From positions 1 to 30,763 of the IMG/VR virus record IMGVR_UViG_3300023197_000128: DNA of 30,763 bases; one strand, written 5' to 3'. Positions 1-6,757 of this stretch are shown piece after piece. The notes under the pieces were generated by a model, which saw nothing but the letters and a program-made list of their open reading frames with translations, did not search any database and was not told where the DNA came from. Both the position numbers and the translations under genes were made by a program. Position 1 is the first letter of the stretch. The number at the start of each line of letters is the position of its first letter. Source of the stretch: a virus (Duplodnaviria; Caudoviricetes).

Positions 1-1
1 C

Positions 2-538
2 ACCGTTTCTCAGAACACAACCGATGACGAGCCGACGCTCCTCACCGACGGCGGGACGACCCGCCCCGACGAGACCGTCGAGCTGCGCATCCGAACCGAC
101 CGCGCGAACCTCGCGGGCGTCATCTCTGTCTACGGCATCGGTATCCACCACGCACCCGCGTTCGGACCCGCGGGAGACTTCCTCGAGGACGTCCTCGAGG
201 GGATGGAAGACGTCTACCCGACCGACACCCGCGTCGCGCATCTAAAGCAGTGGCTCGTCTCCGGCGGCCCCGGCGCCGGCCTCGACGTCGACGTCGAACT
301 GGTCGAGCTCGAGGACGATCCAGCGACCGACGCCGACCAGGACGGCGGGAACGACGGCGACGATCCCGACCGGGACGGCGTCGAGATCCCGATTGGCGAC
401 GGCGGCATCGCGGCGTCGTCGGCGTGCGCACACCGCCGGACGCGACGCTACGGACGAACCGACGACGAGGGCAACGCCGTGATCGAGGTCCGATGCGCCA
501 GCTGCGGTCGCACCCTCTCGGTCGGAGGTGACGCCTGA
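2..538 (+). CDS. Hypothetical protein, 5'-truncated, with C-terminal Zn-ribbon-like motif
   Basis: The frame of track ORF 203..538 is open back to position 2 (TVSQNTTDDEPTLLTDGG...). Acidic, ends C.H...CASCG, and its stop overlaps the next ATG (TGATG). Confidence 0.75.
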   Translation, partial: TVSQNTTDDEPTLLTDGGTTRPDETVELRIRTDRANLAGVISVYGIGIHHAPAFGPAGDFLEDVLEGMEDVYPTDTRVAHLKQWLVSGGPGAGLDVDVELVELEDDPATDADQDGGNDGDDPDRDGVEIPIGDGGIAASSACAHRRTRRYGRTDDEGNAVIEVRCASCGRTLSVGGDA

Positions 539-1020
539 TGGGTGGTCGTAAGTGCAGGAAGTGCGGCCAGCGAACGGGACCGAACCGCCGGCTCTGTAAG
601 ATGTGCTCGCTCGAGAAGCGCTATGGTACCGGGTTCGACCGCGGATCCGACGTCGACGACGAGCCCGACGAACTCGAGTACCGGTGCGTTGCCTGTGGTC
701 ACGAGCAGGTCGGCACGCTCTCCGACGACTGCGAGGAGTGCGGCGAGCGCCGCTGGCGGTACGTCGGCCCGATCCCCGGCGAGGAAGAGATTGCGACCGA
801 CGGCGGCACCGTGGAGCTCATCCCGGCGCGGATCGACTATGACGAGCTGATCGGCGCCGAGTGTCCGATCTGCGGCGAGGAGATGACCCCCGGCGCGGTC
901 CGGTTCAACGGACGCGCGTGGGAACACAAGTCGAGCGAGGCCCACCCGCAGGCCGGCCACCACCAGATCTCCGAGACGGTCGACGAAGACGTCGACGGTG
1001 AGGGTGGTGATTCGGGATGA
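538..1020 (+). CDS. Multi-CxxC zinc-ribbon protein
   Basis: CRKC/CKMC, CVAC/CEEC and CPIC motifs; upstream SD GGAGGTGA; translationally coupled at both ends. Confidence 0.8.
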   Translation: MGGRKCRKCGQRTGPNRRLCKMCSLEKRYGTGFDRGSDVDDEPDELEYRCVACGHEQVGTLSDDCEECGERRWRYVGPIPGEEEIATDGGTVELIPARIDYDELIGAECPICGEEMTPGAVRFNGRAWEHKSSEAHPQAGHHQISETVDEDVDGEGGDSG

Positions 1021-2354
1021 GCGACTTCGTCGCCGAGTGCGAGACCTGCGGCGTAATCGAGCGGGGCGACCTCGAGGAGGTCGGCGACGCCGCCGAGGAT
1101 CACGAGCAGTTCCACGACGTCCGCGTTCAGCGCGTCGCGACGGACGGCTCGGGCCACGTCTGCGACGCCTGCGGAGAGGCGTTCCGGACGCTTACGCGCC
1201 TCCGGCTCCACGAGAAGGACGATTGCCCAGAACGGGCTACCTTCGACCAGATCGACCCCGATGCGGCGGATGCTGACCACCAGGCCGCCGAAGGGCTACT
1301 GACCTGCCAGAACTGCGGCCGGGAGAACCCGAACGCGGACTTCGAGGAGACGACGTCGTTCGCCGACAGCGACTACCACCTCATCGTCGAGTTCGACTGC
1401 CGGCACTGCGGCTTCGAGAACGAGAACCGGGTCGTCATGACCGGCGTCGACCGCGACGATCTCGCCCGACTCCCCCCACACCTGCAACCGGACGAGATCG
1501 ACGGCGACCTCATGACCGATGGCGGTCGCCCTGCAGAACGCACCCTCGAGGATGCCGCCGAGCCCGCGATTGTCGGCACGTGCGAGACATGCGACGGCCG
1601 GCTCATCGAGCACGTCGTCGCACACCACGACGCCGAGGGCTCGGTCCAGCTCGTCTGCCAGGATTGCGACGTCGAAGTCCAGATCGAGTACGAGATCGGT
1701 TCCGAGAATCCGTGGGAGAAAGCGGCCGAAACCGACGGCGTCACCGACGCGACCGTGAAGGACGTCGCCTGGGTATACTGTGATCGCTGCCACGGCCACG
1801 GCCGCATCGAGGACCCGCTCTGTGACCTGCGACGCGCGATGAACGGTCGCGAGCACCCCTGCCCGGACTGTAGTGCGTCCGGGAAGGTGCCGCGGGTCGT
1901 CGAGACCGACGGCGGTCGCGACCAGGACGACACCGAGTTCTTCGTCGTCGACGAGGACCGCGGCGCCGTGGTCGCCGGCCCGTTCCACTCGAAGGAAGGG
2001 GCCGCCGAGGACGCACGCGACCGCGGTCCCAGCCACATCGTCGCGACCGAGGCCGTCCTCAAGATGATCGAGCTGACGTCGTCGACGACGATCCGCTGGG
2101 AGAACGACGACGTCGACGTCGTCACGGACGGCGGTATCGACTACGAGGCCTTCCTCGGAGACAACCATCACCTATACGATATATGTAACCGACAGTTCGA
2201 TACGATTGACGAGCTCGCGAACCACCACTGCATCGACGCGGAGGTCCCGATGATCACCCGCGAGGGACCCCTCGGGACAACCGTCCTCGGGCCCGACCCC
2301 GTCGCGTTCCAAGAGTGGGAGCGCCGCCAGGAGGTGGACGGCGATGTCGAGTGA
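1017..2354 (+). CDS. Modular multi-zinc-finger protein (C2H2, CxxC ribbons, DnaJ-like CxxCxGxG pair)
   Basis: CETC; CDACGEAFRTLTRLRLHEKDDC; CQNC/CRHC; CETC/CQDC; CDRCHGHG...CPDCSASG. Modules are separated by TDGG-type peptides. Confidence 0.8.
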   Translation: MSDFVAECETCGVIERGDLEEVGDAAEDHEQFHDVRVQRVATDGSGHVCDACGEAFRTLTRLRLHEKDDCPERATFDQIDPDAADADHQAAEGLLTCQNCGRENPNADFEETTSFADSDYHLIVEFDCRHCGFENENRVVMTGVDRDDLARLPPHLQPDEIDGDLMTDGGRPAERTLEDAAEPAIVGTCETCDGRLIEHVVAHHDAEGSVQLVCQDCDVEVQIEYEIGSENPWEKAAETDGVTDATVKDVAWVYCDRCHGHGRIEDPLCDLRRAMNGREHPCPDCSASGKVPRVVETDGGRDQDDTEFFVVDEDRGAVVAGPFHSKEGAAEDARDRGPSHIVATEAVLKMIELTSSTTIRWENDDVDVVTDGGIDYEAFLGDNHHLYDICNRQFDTIDELANHHCIDAEVPMITREGPLGTTVLGPDPVAFQEWERRQEVDGDVE

Positions 2355-2718
2355 GGACGTCACCGTTGTGAAGGGCTACGCGGACCTGATTAGCGACCCG
2401 AAGCTCGAAGGCGACGACCCGGACATCATCGCTCGCGAACTCCAGGATCACGGCCCGAAGGACGACTACCTCGTCGTCTGGCTCCCCGACTGGCTCGCCG
2501 AGGAGAAGCCGATCGAGCCGATCGACCGGAGCGAGAACGTCGTCTCCGGTCGCGTCGACCACGAGACGGCGAAGGCTTACCTCCTGGTCGACGGCCGCGC
2601 CGAGGTGTGGCTCCCGAAGAGTGTCATCCGGGTGTTCCGCCTCGACGCCGGCGTCGACGACCTGCAGATCCCGCAGTCGGGGCTCACCGACTACGCGACC
2701 GACGGAGGGGAACGATGA
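2344..2718 (+). CDS. Hypothetical protein (ETAKAY...WLPKS motif) with C-terminal PIP-box-like peptide
   Basis: Acidic ORF with upstream SD GGAGGTGG; ends QSGLTDYATDGGER. Confidence 0.75.
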   Translation: MSSEDVTVVKGYADLISDPKLEGDDPDIIARELQDHGPKDDYLVVWLPDWLAEEKPIEPIDRSENVVSGRVDHETAKAYLLVDGRAEVWLPKSVIRVFRLDAGVDDLQIPQSGLTDYATDGGER

Positions 2719-4115
2719 CGCTCTCGACCCAGCTCCGCGAACTCGCCGACCTGGTCGAACGCGTCGAGGACTCCCTCGACGTCGAGGTCCAGGACGCGCG
2801 ACTCGCCGGTGTGAGCGCGGACGGCGATCTCCTCCGCGGGGACCTGACTGTGCTGGCACCGATCGACGCCGACACCGCCGTCGAGTCCCAGTCGGTCACC
2901 GACGACGTCATCGACGAGGAGCCCGAGGCTGACGAGACCACGGACGACAGCCCGCTCGACGAGGCCGTCTGCGATGTCGAGGGGTGCGACTACTCGGGCT
3001 CGGAACGCGGCCTCGCGATCCACAAGGGCCGCGCGCACGCCGACGACGAGGACGAACGCGACGACGTCCAGGAGGACGCGGAGCCCGACGCCGCCGACGA
3101 ACCGGCGCCGGAGAGCGACGACCAGGCGACGGCCGACGAGGTCCCGCTCGAGGAGCAGATCGCGGACGTCCTCGAGGAGGAAGGCGAGGTCTCCAGCAAG
3201 GAAATCGAGCTTCTCCTGGAGACGTCGTCCTCGCACTACCGGAACATCCTCTCGCGGATGCAGCGCGACGGCCGCGTCGAGTCGCGACGCGATCCCGACG
3301 ACGGTCGGCGCCGGCTCTACCGGCTCGCCGCCGACGAGACCTCGCCCTCTTCCGAGGACGGCACCACCACGTCAGAGTCAGAGGCACCAGACGCCGACCT
3401 CGAGGAGGACGATGCAGCCGGCTCGCCGGCGGACACCGGCGAGGAGGACCGCGACGAGACAGATGCCGATACTGACGCCGGCGACGACGAGCCCGACGAG
3501 ATGTTCCCGCGCGACTGCCATTGCGGGGCGACGCTCGAGGACTCCCTCGAACTCGCGATCCACCGGACGGAAGAGCACGGCGTCCCACAGGCCCCGCTCG
3601 GTCACCTCGAGCCCGGCAAGTTCGAGGAGATCGTCCGGGAGGCCGAGGGGATCCAGGACGTCATCGACGAGGTCGGTTGGAGCTCCGAGAAGACGCTCCG
3701 AGTCATCGGGATGTACGACCTCGGCGACGTCGTCTCCGCCGCGCCCGATACTGACGACGACGTCGAGTCGGTCGAGGAGCCGGAGGCCGCCACGGCGACC
3801 GACGGCGGCGCCGCGACGGAGACCACCGACGGCGATTCGACCCCCCCCGTAGGTCAGAAAGCGGACGAGACGGACGGCGCCGACGCCGAGCCCGCGCTGG
3901 ACCTGGCGGAGTACGGCGTCGATCGGGACGAGCTCGTCGACGCGATCGCGGGCTCGCAGACCGTCCACCACGTCCAGCGCGATCTCCGCGTCGACCGGGA
4001 GACGACCACGGAGATCCTCACCCAGCTGGGGCTGTTCGAGGAGATGGCGACCGGCTGCCGACCGATCCGGGAGCAACAGGCACGCGACGCGGTCCGGAAG
4101 GAGGTGACTGCGTAG
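2715..4115 (+). CDS. Putative DNA-binding/regulatory protein with two C2H2 fingers and a MarR-like winged HTH
   Basis: Start moved to ATG 2715 (SD GGAGGGG, ATGA overlap). CDVEGC..HKGRAH; LSRMQRDGRVESRRDPDDGRRRLYRL wing motif; CHCG..HRTEEH; two similar helical segments near the C-terminus. Confidence 0.75.
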   Translation: MTLSTQLRELADLVERVEDSLDVEVQDARLAGVSADGDLLRGDLTVLAPIDADTAVESQSVTDDVIDEEPEADETTDDSPLDEAVCDVEGCDYSGSERGLAIHKGRAHADDEDERDDVQEDAEPDAADEPAPESDDQATADEVPLEEQIADVLEEEGEVSSKEIELLLETSSSHYRNILSRMQRDGRVESRRDPDDGRRRLYRLAADETSPSSEDGTTTSESEAPDADLEEDDAAGSPADTGEEDRDETDADTDAGDDEPDEMFPRDCHCGATLEDSLELAIHRTEEHGVPQAPLGHLEPGKFEEIVREAEGIQDVIDEVGWSSEKTLRVIGMYDLGDVVSAAPDTDDDVESVEEPEAATATDGGAATETTDGDSTPPVGQKADETDGADAEPALDLAEYGVDRDELVDAIAGSQTVHHVQRDLRVDRETTTEILTQLGLFEEMATGCRPIREQQARDAVRKEVTA

Positions 4116-4116
4116 C

Positions 4117-4209
4117 ATGAACCCGCCGCTACGCGTCGGCCTGCTGACGATGCTCACCGGACTGCTGACCGGCCTCCTGACGGCCGGCGTCCTGGAGGTG
4201 TGTCCGTGA
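4117..4209 (+). CDS. Small single-TM membrane protein (30 aa)
   Basis: MNPPLRVGLLTMLTGLLTGLLTAGVLEVCP; upstream SD GGAGGTGA; stop overlaps the next ATG. Not in the ORF track. Confidence 0.6.
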   Translation: MNPPLRVGLLTMLTGLLTGLLTAGVLEVCP

Positions 4210-4490
4210 TGGCGTGTACGCACCGCGACTCCGGCCTCCAGTGGGTGTCCGACCACGCGCAAGACCGCTGGCGCGACCGCGCCGAGCGCCCCGGCGGGAA
4301 CCTCCGTGCCGTCTGGCACGAGGCGACGGCGATCGACTACCCCAGCGCGTACCAGGACGCCTACGCGCGCTACCACCACCCCACGAATCTGGTCCTGCTG
4401 GCTCGCTGGGGTGAGTTGGTGACCTGCATCGACCTCGACGACCGCCCGCTTCGCGAACAGCAGCACGTTTTCAGTCAATTGGAGGACTAA
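4209..4490 (+). CDS. Small protein with SxHAxxRWxxR motif (possible DUF4258/RelE-like RNase fold)
   Basis: VSDHAQDRWRDR near the N-terminus and LVLLARWGELVTC beta-strands near the C-terminus; SD GGAGGTG. Confidence 0.55.
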   Translation: MACTHRDSGLQWVSDHAQDRWRDRAERPGGNLRAVWHEATAIDYPSAYQDAYARYHHPTNLVLLARWGELVTCIDLDDRPLREQQHVFSQLED

Positions 4491-4493
4491 TCT

Positions 4494-4664
4494 ATGGCAA
4501 CGACACAACCGACGAACCCGATCGACGTCATCGAGCAGCACGAAGAGGTATTTAAGACGATTCACGAGAAGGCAGACGACCCCACCGTCGCCGAGCGCTT
4601 CGGCGGCCAGCCGCTCGAACTCCTGGAGCTCGATCGCGACCGCAGCCGAGGTGATCAGCCTTGA
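4494..4664 (+). CDS. Hypothetical protein (56 aa)
   Basis: MATTQPTNPIDVIEQHEEVF...; SD GGAGG; converges on and overlaps the integrase stop by 10 nt. Not in the ORF track. Confidence 0.6.
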   Translation: MATTQPTNPIDVIEQHEEVFKTIHEKADDPTVAERFGGQPLELLELDRDRSRGDQP

Positions 4665-5944
4665 AGCTGGTCGTGGAGCTGCTCGACGTCGACGTCGTCA
4701 CCGACGACGTTGTTGAGCGCGGGGTACTCCTCGAGGATCTTCCCGAGCTCGACGAGCGCGCTGGCCGCGTCGCCGTCCTCGGTCTGGATAGCGTCGAGGA
4801 GTTCCATCGTCTGGTTCTTCTTCTGCCGGACGGAGTCGTGCGAGAGCGGCTGGCCGCACCACATGCAGTCAGCGCGCTCGCGCGGCGTCTCCTTCTGGCA
4901 CCGCGGGCAGTCGATCGGCGCGGTCGGCTCGGGGTCGTCCTCCTGGACGTCCATTCCGTGAGCCTTCGCGACGGCGCGGTCGTTCGCGTCGCCGAAGACG
5001 GCGACGTAGTGGGAGGCGACGTCGCTCCCACGCTCCCAGCCGTGGTGGTCCTCGAGGTGGGCCTGGCTGACGTTCTGGCTCGCGAGGAAGGAGGCGCTGC
5101 TCTTGCGCATCCGGCGCCACGTGATGTCGGTGTGGTCGATGCCGGCCTTCCGCGCGGGCTTCTTCATCATCTTCTGCTTCATCTTGTAGGAGACGTCGCG
5201 ACCACCGTCGAGGTCGCACCAGAGCGGCGCCGTCGGGTCGTCGCCCTTCGGGTGGTCGGAGAGCCATCGGTTCAGGTACGGGACGCTGGTGATCAGCGTG
5301 GGCGAGCGCTGGCCGGTCTTCCCGTCGACGGAGACTTGGAGGCCGTACTTGTGGTCGGTGACGTCACCGACGCGGAGTTCGCGCATCTCACCGCTGCGGG
5401 CGCCGAGGTCCCACGAGACGGCGACCATGGCCTCGTCGCGCGAGTAGCGGCACTTCTGGAGAATCGGGTCGATGTGGTCGTCCCACCAGAGCATCTTCGC
5501 CGGGTCGGGGCGGGGCTTGAAGCTCCGCGGGAGGGTCGTCTTGATCTCGCGCTTCATCACGGGCGGGGTGACGTCCTCCTTCTCGCGCTGCTCGACGGCG
5601 AGCTCGTGACCGAGGGTGCGCTTCCCGAAGATGCGGACCGCGACCCGGTAGTCTTGGTTCGTGTAGGGAGTTTCGTCGATGTCGTACTCGTCGTGGATCC
5701 AGTCGACGAGGTCCTGACAGGCGTCGGCGTCCGTGCGCGCGTCGACAAGGTCGACGGGTGCCTTCTCGCTCGCGATCGTCGCGTGCCGGAGGAGCTTCAG
5801 GTGGCGGTGCCAGGTGTACTCCTCGCGCATCCGCTTGAGTCGGTCGGAGAACTCGAGCAGCGCGTCTCGGTCGCGGTCGCTGCCGCCGCGTTCGCCGGCT
5901 TTGAGCTGCTCGCGGAGTCGGTTAGTGTGAGCTTTCTCGGCCAT
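4655..5944 (-). CDS. int: Tyrosine integrase (SNJ2-like haloarchaeal type) with C-terminal zinc ribbon
   Basis: Catalytic motifs GARSGE (R), GKTG (K), MRKSSAS (R), HHGW and SHY (Y); C-terminal CPRC...CMWC; start taken at ATG 5944. Confidence 0.92.
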   Translation of the reverse strand: MAEKAHTNRLREQLKAGERGGSDRDRDALLEFSDRLKRMREEYTWHRHLKLLRHATIASEKAPVDLVDARTDADACQDLVDWIHDEYDIDETPYTNQDYRVAVRIFGKRTLGHELAVEQREKEDVTPPVMKREIKTTLPRSFKPRPDPAKMLWWDDHIDPILQKCRYSRDEAMVAVSWDLGARSGEMRELRVGDVTDHKYGLQVSVDGKTGQRSPTLITSVPYLNRWLSDHPKGDDPTAPLWCDLDGGRDVSYKMKQKMMKKPARKAGIDHTDITWRRMRKSSASFLASQNVSQAHLEDHHGWERGSDVASHYVAVFGDANDRAVAKAHGMDVQEDDPEPTAPIDCPRCQKETPRERADCMWCGQPLSHDSVRQKKNQTMELLDAIQTEDGDAASALVELGKILEEYPALNNVVGDDVDVEQLHDQLQG

Positions 5945-5967
5945 GTGCCGTTTATGTACTTTAACCG

Positions 5968-6030
5968 TCGGCACTTGAACCAGTGGTACAATTCCGGCCC
6001 TTGGCTTCCTACCGTTGGTTCAAATGCCGA
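5968..6030. repeat. 21-bp imperfect inverted repeat flanking the att core
   Basis: TCGGCACTTGAACCAGTGGTA (5968-5988) and TACCGTTGGTTCAAATGCCGA (6010-6030) are 18/21 complementary, with a 21-nt spacer. Confidence 0.85.
5993..6006 (+). other. Putative attP core (TCCGGCCCTTGGCT), matching the 3' end of haloarchaeal tRNA-Cys
   Basis: Lies ~50 nt upstream of int. 5985-6006 GGTACAATTCCGGCCCTTGGCT differs at 2 positions from the tRNA-Cys 3' end as I recall it (GGTTCAAATCCGGCCCTTGGCT). No tRNA 5' half is present. Confidence 0.75.
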
Positions 6031-6075
6031 AATAAAAGCGGGTAATTCGGCGTGGACCAACGGGGGTGTCTCCGC

Positions 6076-6411
6076 TTGAGCGCGGACACCCCCAGCACTT
6101 CTGTGGCTGACTTCGATCACCGAGCAGCCTGCTTCACGTTCGACGCCCTCGAGAAGGTGATCATCCGGGCGGTGGCCGCCGACGAACTCGAGGTCGCCGC
6201 CGAGTACGTCGACACGCTGTTCATCCTCGCCGATCAGCTCGACGAGTTCCATGAAGAGTACCGTAGCGAGTCCGAGCGACTCGCGGACCGCGACGCGGAG
6301 ATCTCCCACGAGGAGGACGTCCTCGAGGAGGCCATCGCGACGGTCGCCCGCTGGGCGATCGCGAACGAGCATCCGGTTGCCGAGTGGTTCCAGGGAGGTG
6401 ACCAGGCGTGA
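6076..6411 (+). CDS. Hypothetical helical acidic protein
   Basis: Acidic ORF; probable TTG start at 6076 after GGGGGTG (alternative GTG at 6052); coupled to the next gene by GTGA. Confidence 0.7.
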   Translation: MSADTPSTSVADFDHRAACFTFDALEKVIIRAVAADELEVAAEYVDTLFILADQLDEFHEEYRSESERLADRDAEISHEEDVLEEAIATVARWAIANEHPVAEWFQGGDQA

Positions 6412-6650
6412 CGACCTGGCTGCTGATCGCCGCCGACGGCTACGGCTGTCACCTCGAGTCGGGGCTAAAGTTCACCACGCTCTGCGGGCGGACGTTCGAC
6501 GCTGAAGACGTCGAGCGCGTCCGCTACGAGGGCGCTGACAGCCACGACCATCCGCACTCCACGAAGTGTTTCGACTGCCTCACCGTCAGCGCTGGCGGGA
6601 CGATCGGTGAGCGTCGTCGCGAGCTCCACTTCGGGAGGGGATCCGCATGA
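6408..6650 (+). CDS. Small Cys/His-rich protein
   Basis: CH...TLCG...CFDC; SD GGAGGTGA; coupled at both ends. Confidence 0.7.
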   Translation: MTTWLLIAADGYGCHLESGLKFTTLCGRTFDAEDVERVRYEGADSHDHPHSTKCFDCLTVSAGGTIGERRRELHFGRGSA

Positions 6651-6757
6651 GCCGTCGATACCCAGACGGCCACTGCCAGACGTGTGGCGAGCCGCTTCGA
6701 TTCCAGCCGTGTCTCAACTGTGCTACACTGCGGCGAAACCGAGGTGATCTGGCGTGA
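6647..6757 (+). CDS. Small CPxCG-like zinc-finger micro-protein (36 aa)
   Basis: MSRRYPDGHCQTCGEPLRFQPCLNCATLRRNRGDLA; ATGA and GTGA overlaps at both ends. Not in the ORF track. Confidence 0.65.
   Translation: MSRRYPDGHCQTCGEPLRFQPCLNCATLRRNRGDLA

Noticed and set aside
2607-2714. N-terminal extension of the 502-aa track ORF
   Set aside because: Arg-rich and overlapping the upstream gene; the SD and ATGA coupling point to a start at 2715.
5985-6030. Complete tRNA gene at the att site
   Set aside because: Only a 3' fragment is present, with no D or anticodon arms, so it is treated as attP rather than an attL with an intact tRNA.
4661-6079. 472-aa plus-strand ORF
   Set aside because: Shadow of the integrase, which carries clear catalytic motifs on the minus strand.
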